NCBI GenBank assembly: GCA_963700145.1
Contig: OY969474.1
Coordinates: 4,160,001-4,224,000 of the forward strand
Length of the DNA stretch: 64,000 bases
Source of the DNA: an uncultured Acidobacteriota bacterium
GTDB lineage: Bacteria; Acidobacteriota; Thermoanaerobaculia; Multivoradales; UBA5704
Direction of reading: 5' to 3'
The first letter of the stretch is position 1. The number at the start of each line of letters is the position of its first letter. Positions 21,319 through 29,456 of the stretch are shown here, piece after piece. A program made the translations under genes and the position numbers. Under the pieces are notes generated by a model, which saw only the letters and a program-made list of their open reading frames with translations, was not told the DNA's origin and made no database searches.

Positions 21319-22049
21319 TCCTCTCCGACATGCACGCCAACTGGGAGGCGTTCGAGGCCGTGCTCAACCGCGCGCGGCGGAAGCGCTTCGACGCCGTCCT
21401 GGCGCTCGGCGACCTGGTGGGCTACGGCGCCGCGCCCAACCAGGTGGTCGAGGGGGTGCGCGCGCTGCCCGGAAAGGTCTGGCTGGTGCGCGGCAACCAC
21501 GACAAGGTGGTGACCGGCATCGACACCGGCGGCGGCTTCAACCAGGCGGCGCTCGCCGCCGCGCAGTGGACCGCCGGCCGGCTGACGCGGCCCAACTTCC
21601 GCTTCGTCAAGGAGCTGCCGCTGGGGCCGGTCGAGGTGGCGCCGGGCCTGGTCATCTGCCACGGCTCGCCGCTCGACGAGGACGCCTACGTCTTCTCCGA
21701 CGTCGACGCCTACGAGATCTTCTCGGCGCACGCGGCGCCGGTCACCTTCTTCGGCCACACCCACATCCCCTCGCTCTTCACCCTCGAGCGGCGCGGCATC
21801 GGCGTGCGGGCGCTGCGCGGCGCGTCCGGGCGGATCGCCCTCGACCCGGCGCGCCGCTACCTCGTCAACCCCGGCTCGATCGGCCAGCCGCGCGACCGCG
21901 ACCCGCGCGCCGCCTTCATGACCTACGACAGCGACCGCGCCGTGGTGCGCTGGTACCGGGTGGCCTACCAAGTCCGTCGCGCCCAGGCCCGCATCCGCGC
22001 CGCCGGCCTGCCGGCGACCCTGGCCGACCGGCTGGCGGTAGGAGCGTAG
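21306..22049 (+). CDS. Metallophosphoesterase (calcineurin-like)
   Basis: SDMHAN, GDLVGYG, GNHD, HGSP, GHTH, NPGSIGQPRD. Confidence 0.93.
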   Translation: MRYLILSDMHANWEAFEAVLNRARRKRFDAVLALGDLVGYGAAPNQVVEGVRALPGKVWLVRGNHDKVVTGIDTGGGFNQAALAAAQWTAGRLTRPNFRFVKELPLGPVEVAPGLVICHGSPLDEDAYVFSDVDAYEIFSAHAAPVTFFGHTHIPSLFTLERRGIGVRALRGASGRIALDPARRYLVNPGSIGQPRDRDPRAAFMTYDSDRAVVRWYRVAYQVRRAQARIRAAGLPATLADRLAVGA

Positions 22050-22072
22050 CGCCCGGCCTACGTGCCGGGCGT
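22045..22072 (+). repeat. GTAG-type REP element
   Basis: CGTAG-CGCCCGGC-CTACGT-GCCGGGCG-T; an identical 28-mer occurs inverted at 55813-55840. Confidence 0.8.
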
Positions 22073-24304
22073 GCTGGGCTGCGCCAGCCGCTCGCGGGCG
22101 AAGCTCTCGCGCAGGCGGTTGGCGGTGGCCAGGGCGCCGCCGGCGAGGACGACGTAGAGGCCGTACCAGACCAGCTTGATGAGGGGCTTGCGGGTGACGT
22201 CGACGGCGAGGTGCGCCGGGTTGGCCAGGCCGGCCACCTCGATCTGCACCTTGCGGGTCGAGGCGTTGATGCCGGCGAGGAAGAGCTGGCCGCCCCCGGG
22301 CAGCGCCGCCGGCGGGGTCTCCACCCGGCCGCTCTTGGGGTCCATCTTGTAGAGGGGGCGGACGCGCTCGGTCTTGCCGTCCCGCGTCACCTCGAGCACC
22401 GCTCCCACCGTCACCGGCTGCATGGCCTGCATCGCGGCCAGCGCATTGCCCTCGACGTTCAAGTCGAAGTCGACGAAGCGCACGCCGATGCCCGCCACCC
22501 GCCCGCTCGCGCCGCGCTCGAGCTCCAGCCGCGGCTGGCCGGGATCGAACTCGATCGGCGAGATGTAGAGGTCCTGGAGCGCCAGACTGCGGATGTGCGG
22601 GTTCGCCATGATCTGCTTGGTGCGGTCGTTCACGAAGAGCCGCGGGTAGGCGAGGTAGCTCGAGCCGTCCTCGCGCACGACGCGGATCTCCATCTTCTCC
22701 TTGGTGTCCTCGGGGCTGCGCGGCACGAAGCGCTGGAAGGTGAGGGTCATGCCGTCCACCTGCTTCGGCACCCCCTGCTCGAGCGTCACCTTGGTGCTCC
22801 GGTCGTAGGCCGAGGAGGCGAGGAAGCCGAGCAGCATGATGCCGACCCCGACGTGCGCCAGGTATCCGCCCGCCGCCCGCATGCCGCCGCTGCGCGCCTT
22901 CATCACCACCTTCTGGAGGTTGGTGGCGAGCGCCAGGGCGGCGAGGAAGATGAAGAGGAAGTGCATGACGTCGCGCACCCCGGCCGCCGCGGCGCCGGCG
23001 GTGACCACCAGGCTCACCACCGAGGCCGGCAGGAGCTTGACCAGGAGCTCGCGGCCGGTCGTGCCGCGCCAGGGCAGGAACGGCACCAGCGACACCAGGA
23101 GGCCGATGAGCAGCGCCACCGGCAGCAGCACCTGGTTGTAGAACGACGGCCCCACCTGCCCGGGGTTCTTCATCACGCGGGTCAGTAGCGGCGCCGAGGT
23201 GCCGAAGGTGATGACCGCCGCCGCCACCAGCAGGGTGGTCGTCGAGAGCACCAGGAAGGTACCGCGCGAAAGGCCCGGGTCCTCGTTCTTCTCGGTCGGC
23301 ACCTTCGGCAAGCGCGTCGCCAGGAGGTACAGCGAGAGCAGCGCGAAGCCGCCCATCAACGCCACCAGCCAGCCGGAGATGCCGAGGTCCACGAAGCTGT
23401 GGACCGAGAAGTCGGCGAGGACGCCCGAGCGGGTCAGGAAGGTGCCGTAGAGGACCGAGAGGTAGACCAGCGTCGCCAGCAGGTAGTTGGCGCGGCGGAA
23501 GCGCTTGCGCGTGCGTTCCATGTAGAGGCCGTGGATCAGGGCGGTGCCGAAGACCCAGGGGATGAGCGAGGCGTTCTCGACCGGGTCCCAGCCCCAGAAG
23601 CCGCCCCAGCCGAGGGTCTTGTAGGCCCAGTAGCCGCCCATCAGGATGGCGCAGCCCAAGACCAGGAAGCCGCCCAGCGCCCAGGGGAAGGCGCGCGCCG
23701 CCCAGCCGTCGTAGTCGCGCCGCCAGAGGGCGGCCATGGCGAAGGCGAAGGGGATGGCGGAGGCGGCGTAGCCGACGAACATGATCGGCGGGTGGATGAC
23801 CATCCAGTCGTCCTGGAGCAGCGGGTTGAGCCCCGCGCCGTCGAGGGGGCTGTCGCGCAGCATGACGAAGGGGTTCTCGCGCACCAGGATGAAGAGCAGG
23901 CCGAGCAGCGTCAGGACGTAGAGCCCCATGACGCTCGCCTCGGCGCGGCCGGCGGTGCGGCGGAGGAGGAGCCCCAGGAGCGTCCCCCAGAGCAGCCAGA
24001 TCAGGAAGCTCCCCTTCTGGCCCGCCCAGAAGGCGGCGAACTGGTAGTGGATCGGCAGCTCGAGCCCCGAGTACTGCTGCACGTACTCGATGCGGAAGTC
24101 GCGGACGATGAGGAGGAGAGCCAGGAGCAGCGACGCCGTGCCGATCGAGGCGGCGAAGAAGCCGTAGGCGCGGCGGGCGAAGGGGAGGGAGGCCGCGTCG
24201 CCGCGCAGCACCAGCGAGTACCCCCAGATCGACGCCAGCCCGAAGAGCAGGGCGCACCAGAGGGCGAGGGCGCCGGGGAGGTAGAGCTGCGACAGCGTGC
24301 TCAT
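22058..24304 (-). CDS. ccmF: Cytochrome c heme lyase CcmF
   Basis: WAGQKGS, HPP, WGGFWGWDPVENASL, TFLTRSG, SVHSF; start ATG 24304 coupled to the ccmE stop. Confidence 0.95.
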   Translation of the reverse strand: MSTLSQLYLPGALALWCALLFGLASIWGYSLVLRGDAASLPFARRAYGFFAASIGTASLLLALLLIVRDFRIEYVQQYSGLELPIHYQFAAFWAGQKGSFLIWLLWGTLLGLLLRRTAGRAEASVMGLYVLTLLGLLFILVRENPFVMLRDSPLDGAGLNPLLQDDWMVIHPPIMFVGYAASAIPFAFAMAALWRRDYDGWAARAFPWALGGFLVLGCAILMGGYWAYKTLGWGGFWGWDPVENASLIPWVFGTALIHGLYMERTRKRFRRANYLLATLVYLSVLYGTFLTRSGVLADFSVHSFVDLGISGWLVALMGGFALLSLYLLATRLPKVPTEKNEDPGLSRGTFLVLSTTTLLVAAAVITFGTSAPLLTRVMKNPGQVGPSFYNQVLLPVALLIGLLVSLVPFLPWRGTTGRELLVKLLPASVVSLVVTAGAAAAGVRDVMHFLFIFLAALALATNLQKVVMKARSGGMRAAGGYLAHVGVGIMLLGFLASSAYDRSTKVTLEQGVPKQVDGMTLTFQRFVPRSPEDTKEKMEIRVVREDGSSYLAYPRLFVNDRTKQIMANPHIRSLALQDLYISPIEFDPGQPRLELERGASGRVAGIGVRFVDFDLNVEGNALAAMQAMQPVTVGAVLEVTRDGKTERVRPLYKMDPKSGRVETPPAALPGGGQLFLAGINASTRKVQIEVAGLANPAHLAVDVTRKPLIKLVWYGLYVVLAGGALATANRLRESFARERLAQPSTPGT

Positions 24305-24699
24305 CAGGAGTAGGTCTTGACCTCGGCCCCCTGGTACTTGCTCGGGCACTTGACCAGCAGCTGGTTGGCCGCGAACTCCGCGGTCGCCTTGTCGTAGTGC
24401 CCGATCGCCACGATCGAGATCGCGTCCTCGAAGTTGGCCGGCTTGAGCCCGTCGTAGCGCACCGGGATCGTCGCCTTGGTCTCCGGCTCGACGAGGGTGA
24501 AGTGGAGGGTGCCGGCCGCATCGTCGTAGCGGCTGCTCGCCTTCTCGAGGCCGCCGGCGACCTGCACCAGCCGGGTCGCCTCGCGCGCCTCGGCGAAGGG
24601 GACGTAGGGCGTGACGCTCTTGGTGAAGGAGGAGAGCGAGAAGGCGGCGAAGCCCAGGAGCAGCACGCCGCCCACCATGTAGAGGCCTTTGCGGTTCAT
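24304..24699 (-). CDS. ccmE: Heme chaperone CcmE, Cys-type (CxxxY)
   Basis: VRYDGLKP, LLVKCPSKY. Confidence 0.92.
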   Translation of the reverse strand: MNRKGLYMVGGVLLLGFAAFSLSSFTKSVTPYVPFAEAREATRLVQVAGGLEKASSRYDDAAGTLHFTLVEPETKATIPVRYDGLKPANFEDAISIVAIGHYDKATAEFAANQLLVKCPSKYQGAEVKTYS

Positions 24700-24812
24700 C
24701 GGTTTTTCTCCAGCTCGCGCAGCTTGCGGTCCAGGCGGAGCACCACCAGGAAGAGGCCGGTCCAGATCACCAGGTTGACCGCCACCACCCAGCCGATGCC
24801 GCCGCTCGCCAT
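24696..24812 (-). CDS. ccmD: CcmD-family small membrane protein (38 aa, not in the ORF track)
   Basis: MASGGIGWVVAVNLVIWTGLFLVVLRLDRKLRELEKNR; lies between ccmC and ccmE with SD GGGAGAG and an ATGA overlap. Confidence 0.85.
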   Translation of the reverse strand: MASGGIGWVVAVNLVIWTGLFLVVLRLDRKLRELEKNR

Positions 24813-24822
24813 TCTCTCCCCT

Positions 24823-25488
24823 TCAGGCTTCCAGCCGCTTGTCGGCGAGCGCGCCGAGGCGGCAGCGCAGGCCGTGGAGCCAGAAGAAGAGGGCGTTGAA
24901 CCCCACCCAAGAGGCCAACAAGACCTGCAGCATGCGCGATTCCATGTCTATGGTGCCGCGGGTGTTGACGATCGAGTCGGGGTGGAGCGAGAAGGTGATG
25001 CGCGGCACCACCCAGAAGAAGAAGGGGGCGACGACCAGGCCGAGGAGGGCGTAGACGGCGCCCAGGCGCGCCCGCTTCTCCCGGTCCTCGACCGCCCCGC
25101 GCAGCGCCAGGTAGGCGCCGTAGAAGATCAGCACCAGGACGATCGAGACCTGCCGCGGGTCCCAGTTCCAGAAGGCCCCCCACATGGTGCGCGCCCACAT
25201 CGCCCCGGTGACCGTGGCGAGGACGCAGAAGACGAACCCCAGCTCCACGGCCGCCGCCGCCGCCCGGTCGTGCCGCGGCTCGCGGCGTGCCAGGTAGAGC
25301 CCGCTCCACACCGCCGCCGCCAGGAAGGCGACGAAGGCGGTCCAGGCCATCGGCACGTGGAAGAAGAGGATGCGGCTCGACTGGCCGAGGAAGCCCTCGG
25401 CGAGCGGCGCGTAGAAGAAGGCGCCGGCGAGCACCAGGCACATCCACGCCCAGAGCAGCAGCTTGAGGGCCGGGGCGAGGGATTTCAC
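24823..25488 (-). CDS. ccmC: Heme exporter CcmC
   Basis: RILFFHVP, WARTMWGAFWNWDPR, SLHP. Confidence 0.93.
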   Translation of the reverse strand: MKSLAPALKLLLWAWMCLVLAGAFFYAPLAEGFLGQSSRILFFHVPMAWTAFVAFLAAAVWSGLYLARREPRHDRAAAAAVELGFVFCVLATVTGAMWARTMWGAFWNWDPRQVSIVLVLIFYGAYLALRGAVEDREKRARLGAVYALLGLVVAPFFFWVVPRITFSLHPDSIVNTRGTIDMESRMLQVLLASWVGFNALFFWLHGLRCRLGALADKRLEA

Positions 25489-26180
25489 GGGTTCCAGACC
25501 ACGGGGAACAGCATCAGCGATGCCACGGTGACAGTCGCATCATACAGGAGCAGTTGGGTCAGCGCCCCGCCGGCGGGCTCGCCGGCGACCGCGTTGCGCG
25601 TCAGCTCGACGACCAGCAGCAGCAGCGGCAGGGTCACCGGGAAGGCGAGTACCGCGAAGAGGGCCGAGCGGCCGCGCGCCTGGGCGATCATCGCCGCGAT
25701 CAGCGTGCTGGCGGCGGCCAGGCCGTAGCCCCCGGCCAGGAGCGTCGCGGCGAAGAGCCCGGGAGCGGCCACCTCGAGCTGCACCATGGCGAGGAAGAGC
25801 GGCGCCACCAGCGCCTCCAGGGCCAGCATCAGGCTGGCGCCGTAGAGGAGCTTGCCGCAGAAGAGGGCCGAGGGGGTGGCGGCGAGGCGCAGGGCGGTCG
25901 CGGTGTGCGTCTCCTCCTCCTGGACGAAGCCGCGCGGCAGCCCGGCGGCGGCGGCGAAGAGGAGGATCAGCCAGAGCAGGACGGGAAGGACCGGCGTGCC
26001 CTCGGCCGCCGAGGTCCCCAGCGGCCCCAGGCCGGCGCTCACCACGACCAGCGTCGTGACCGCGAAGAGGGCGAGGGTGTTGAGGGCGTAGCGGGTGCGC
26101 AGCTCGCACCGCCACTCCTTGGCGAAGACCGCGGCCGCCTCGGCCAGCCAATCAGCCGAGCGCGAGGCTGGGGGCGGCAC
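25485..26180 (-). CDS. ccmB: Heme exporter CcmB
   Basis: KEWRCELRTR, F.QEEE, GKL, LAFPVTLP; probable GTG start 26180. Confidence 0.88.
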   Translation of the reverse strand: MPPPASRSADWLAEAAAVFAKEWRCELRTRYALNTLALFAVTTLVVVSAGLGPLGTSAAEGTPVLPVLLWLILLFAAAAGLPRGFVQEEETHTATALRLAATPSALFCGKLLYGASLMLALEALVAPLFLAMVQLEVAAPGLFAATLLAGGYGLAAASTLIAAMIAQARGRSALFAVLAFPVTLPLLLLVVELTRNAVAGEPAGGALTQLLLYDATVTVASLMLFPVVWNP

Positions 26181-26763
26181 GGCCGAGCTCCAGGAGGGAG
26201 GGGTTGGCGACCACCGCCAAGCCGCCGGCGGCCAGGTGCTCGGCGAGGAGGGCACGCGCCGCCGCCTCGCCGCCGGCGTCGAGGTTCTGGAACGGCTCGT
26301 CGAGGAGCAGCAGGCGCGGGCGGTGGAGGAGGGCCCAGACCCAGCGCAGCCGCTGGCGCATGCCCGAGGAGAGGGCGCCCGCCTGGCGCTCGGCCGGGAG
26401 GCCCAGGCGGTCGAGGAGGTCGTGCCCGCGCTCCGGCGGCGCGCCCCGGAGGCGGGAGAAGAAGGCCAGGTTCTCGCCCGCCGTCAGCTCCTCGTAGAAG
26501 GCGAGGTCCGGGGCGACGTACCCGACGCTCCGCCGCCGGCCGGCAGGGTCAAGGAGGCGGCCGTCCTCGGTCAGCTCCACCGTCCCGGCGTCCGGGGCGA
26601 GGAGGCCGGCGAGACAGCGCAGCAACGTGCTCTTTCCGGAGCCATTGGGGCCGGTGACAAGCAGCGCCTCCCCCTCCGCCACCGCCCCCGAAACCCCCTC
26701 CAGCACCGCCAGCCGCCCGAACCTCCGGCGGAGACCGGTGAAGCGGAGGGCCGTGGCGGGCAT
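26152..26763 (-). CDS. ccmA: Heme ABC exporter ATPase CcmA
   Basis: GPNGSGKST, LSSGMRQR, LLLLDEP. Confidence 0.92.
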   Translation of the reverse strand: MPATALRFTGLRRRFGRLAVLEGVSGAVAEGEALLVTGPNGSGKSTLLRCLAGLLAPDAGTVELTEDGRLLDPAGRRRSVGYVAPDLAFYEELTAGENLAFFSRLRGAPPERGHDLLDRLGLPAERQAGALSSGMRQRLRWVWALLHRPRLLLLDEPFQNLDAGGEAAARALLAEHLAAGGLAVVANPSLLELGRAAPSLALG

Positions 26764-26826
26764 GGGAGGAGTCTAGCGGAGGCCGCCGACCGGACGCGCC
26801 TGGCTGCCAGCCCCAAGCGCCCCAAC

Positions 26827-26863
26827 TGTCATCCCGAGCGCAGCCGAGGGATCTGGGCGGGGG
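26827..26863 (+). repeat. Dispersed GTCATCCCGAG-type repeat (half element)
   Basis: 37-bp TGTCATCCCGAGCGCAGCCGAGGGATCTGGGCGGGGG, identical at 63442-63478. Confidence 0.9.
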
Positions 26864-26892
26864 CGCCCGGGATCAGGGCAGACGCCGGGAGC

Positions 26893-27610
26893 GAGCCGCC
26901 GTCCGAAAATCTCCCACCGCCGTCCGAAAATGGACCGCCGCAGCGCCCGCGGTCGTCGCCGCCGGCCCCGCGGTGCCCGCCGCCGTCCGAAAGGTGCGCG
27001 CCGCGGTCCGAAAGGTAAGCGCCGCCGTCCGAAAGGAGTCGACCGCAGCGCCCGCGGTCATTTCCCTCGGCCTCGCGGCGCTCGCCGCCGTCCGAAAAGA
27101 ACGCACCGCGGTCCGAAAAGAATCCATCGCGGTCCGAAAGGAGACCACCGTGGTCCGAAAGTAGACCACCGCGGCGCCCGCGGTCGTCGCCGCCAGTCCT
27201 CCGGAGCTCACCGCCGTCCGAAAGGTTCGCGTCCACCGCAGCGCCTGCGGTCGCTTCCATCGGCCTCGCGGCACTCGCCGCCGTCCGAAAAGATCACGCC
27301 GCGGTCCGAAAAGCATCCACTGCGGTCCGAAAAGAGACCACCGCCGTCCGAAAATAGTCCACCGCAGCGCCTGCAGCGGTCACCGCCGGTCCTTCAGCGC
27401 TCGCCGCCGTCCGAAAAGCTCCCATTTCGGTCCGAAAAGCGGTCAAAACGGTCCGAAAGTGTGCCTCCGCGGCACCCGCGGCGGTCGCCGAGAAGCCCTC
27501 AGGCGCCCGCCGCCGTCCGAAGATCGCCCTTTTCCGTCCTAAAGTCGCACCCTTTCGTCCGAAAGTAGGCCACCGCCGCGCCCGCGGCGTCCACCGCCGC
27601 CGGCCGGAAG
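26893..27610. repeat. Higher-order 21-bp tandem array (about 34 units; about 20 carry GTCCGAAA or a one-base variant)
   Basis: Runs of 1-4 GTCCGAAA units separated by two other unit types; 21-bp register is mostly kept. Confidence 0.92.
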
Positions 27611-27611
27611 C

Positions 27612-27780
27612 TCAGACCGCCCGGATCACCAGCCTCCCCGCCCGCACCTCCACCTCGTACGCCTGCCCGAGGCCAAAACCCCGCCGCCCCCCAGCCACTG
27701 CCGACAGCCGCAGGTCCGGCACCCGCTCGCTCCCGGTCCAGCGCCCGCAGACCGTCCCGACCGCCGCCCCGCCGCCCGCG
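27612..27780 (-). pseudogene. Degenerate SymE-like (AbrB-fold) type I toxin gene
   Basis: VPDLRLS...GFGLGQAYEVEVRAGRLVIRAV matches the SymE pattern P.LRL.G.WL...GF..G...V....G.LVI; the QWL segment lies in another frame between two compensating frameshifts; 5' end uncertain. Confidence 0.62.
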
Positions 27781-28118
27781 CAGCCTCCCTGCGCTCGGGA
27801 GCCCCCCGCCCCGCCGCCTCGCATTCGCCCGTCCGCCCGCCGAGTATCGCTCGAACCGCCCGACGCATTGCCGACACACCCTCGCCGCGCTAAGCCCCCT
27901 TCCTGGTAAGCTGAGGTTAGCTGCTTAAGAGCAAGAAGTTGGGTCGCACCCGGCTGCGTTGCCGCCAAGGATAGGCGGCAGTCCGCTGCCGGCTATGCGG
28001 CGAAACTCGGACTTCGGCGAGTCGTCGAAGCAGAGGTTGGGCGCTGTCCAGTAGAGCACGAGACAGGTTGTCAGAACCACCAGTTCCAACGGCTGGAGGA
28101 TCGAAGGGAGGAGTTGTC

Positions 28119-28769
28119 ATGGGTTCAGGCTTGCCTTACTCATATCTTCACCTTCAATTGTTTCTCTCAGTGGTTGCGACGACTACCTTCTTCGCCATGT
28201 GGTGGGCTCATCGCCGTCGCGGGGAGGCAAGAATTCCCGGCCACGTCGGACCTTTCCACATCCTGGCGATCCTTGTCGTTTGGCTTTTCATGCATATCTA
28301 TGTAATTCTGATCTATCATATACCGGCACTCATACTATTGTACATACCGTGGGCCATTGCATCGGCGACACCATTGAAACCCGATGTCGCTCAATCGGAA
28401 GCGATTTCGGAAGTCGCGGCGCTGCTGTCGATTGGCGCGAATTTCGCGGACGTCGCAAGCACTTACAGTCATCGTGGGTTCTGGGGTCACATCGGCCAGT
28501 TCAGCCTAATCGTGGCCCCAATCTATTACGGCATGGTCGCAATCGTGTGGGGGCTGACTCGTCTCTTTGCCAAACTTGGTTGGAGCCCTGACTATCCTGC
28601 TGCCAGCGCTTTGAGGCTGTTGGTGCCAACCGTACGCGCATCGAACGCATGGCTCGACGCTCTTCTAATCGCCGTGCTTCTGTCGGCAATCGGAGCGGGA
28701 TCTTATGCGCTCCGAACTCGTCGTGAAAAACGAGGTGGCTTCCTCATGGATACAGAGGCTGGGTTATGA
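28119..28769 (+). CDS. Cassette 1: hypothetical multi-TM membrane protein
   Basis: SD GGGAGGAG then ATG 28119; several hydrophobic helices; low GC. Confidence 0.7.
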   Translation: MGSGLPYSYLHLQLFLSVVATTTFFAMWWAHRRRGEARIPGHVGPFHILAILVVWLFMHIYVILIYHIPALILLYIPWAIASATPLKPDVAQSEAISEVAALLSIGANFADVASTYSHRGFWGHIGQFSLIVAPIYYGMVAIVWGLTRLFAKLGWSPDYPAASALRLLVPTVRASNAWLDALLIAVLLSAIGAGSYALRTRREKRGGFLMDTEAGL

Positions 28770-28839
28770 TATTAATTCAGTTGTGGGGGCGGAGTGGGTT
28801 CAGCCAAAGACGGAACCCAAAGTGACAAGGGCAGGCAGC

Positions 28840-28965
28840 GCCCAACCCTGTCGCTCCAGCGGACGCCTGACGCCGTTTTAGGCTAGAATGGTATGCGGCC
28901 GGTATCACTTCGAGAAACTTCGGGCGGCCTACCACCGGCGCACGCTGAGCTCCCAAACGTTGGGC
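28840..28965 (+). mobile_element. attC site (intact-looking, 126 bp)
   Basis: R'' GCCCAAC, L'' GCTCCAGCG with one extra base versus L' CGCTGAGC, R' GTTGGGC. Confidence 0.88.
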
Positions 28966-28987
28966 GACCACTATAGGAGAGGTGACG

Positions 28988-29167
28988 ATGGCCCTTCAAA
29001 AACCAGGAGAGGACCCCCATAAGCCCGGAGAGTATAGGGAGGTGAGCCGTGAAGGCAGCAAGGTCCTGGGCGGACGGACAGTCACGATGGAGCGCGGCGA
29101 CAAACCCCTGCCGCCGACCCAGAAGAAGTACCGGAAGTGGAAGTGGGTTGGACCTCCGCGTGCTTGA
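28988..29167 (+). CDS. Cassette 2a: YjzC-like small protein
   Basis: KPGED...GEY.EV...G...T...GD..LPPT...W pattern; SD AGGAGAGG. Confidence 0.75.
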   Translation: MALQKPGEDPHKPGEYREVSREGSKVLGGRTVTMERGDKPLPPTQKKYRKWKWVGPPRA

Positions 29168-29198
29168 GGGCTTCGGCTACGGCTAAGGAGGAGGCTTA

Positions 29199-29345
29199 AT
29201 GGCAAAGGCTAAGCACAGGGCACCATCCGTGCTGGGCACCTACCGCATCGGTATTCTTTTCGGAATCGTCCTGGCGACAGGCCCTCGTGCTCGGCGAAGC
29301 TGGCTTGCTTCTTCTTGGACTCGCTGGCTCGATGGTTCTGATTAA
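29199..29345 (+). CDS. Cassette 2b: 48-aa peptide with a hydrophobic stretch (not in the ORF track)
   Basis: Strong SD AAGGAGGAGG; MAKAKHRAPSVLGTYRIGILFGIVLATGPRARRSWLASSWTRWLDGSD. Confidence 0.5.
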   Translation: MAKAKHRAPSVLGTYRIGILFGIVLATGPRARRSWLASSWTRWLDGSD

Positions 29346-29379
29346 GAGGCACTATCCGTGAGCAGAGTTAGGTTGGAAC

Positions 29380-29440
29380 GCTCAACCCTGCGGCTGCACC
29401 GGACGGCTGGCGCCGCCGGTGAACCTCAGGAGCGCTGGCC
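29380..29440 (+). mobile_element. attC site with mutated R' (GCT instead of GTT)
   Basis: GCTCAAC...GCTgCACCGGaCGGC-tggc-GCCGCCGGTGAAC...GCTGGCC; two extrahelical positions visible. Confidence 0.75.
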
Positions 29441-29456
29441 GACAAGTAGCGATGCG

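Noticed and set aside
26893-27610. CRISPR array
   Set aside because: Period is only 21 bp, the conserved core is 8 bp, there are no unique 30-40 bp spacers, and no cas genes.
27600-28040. Integron integrase (intI) or other tyrosine recombinase
   Set aside because: No R-H-R-Y recombinase motifs or ORF of suitable size here or elsewhere in the window.
29358-29456. N-terminal extension of the nuclease ORF
   Set aside because: It runs through the attC site; the real start is most likely ATG 29457.
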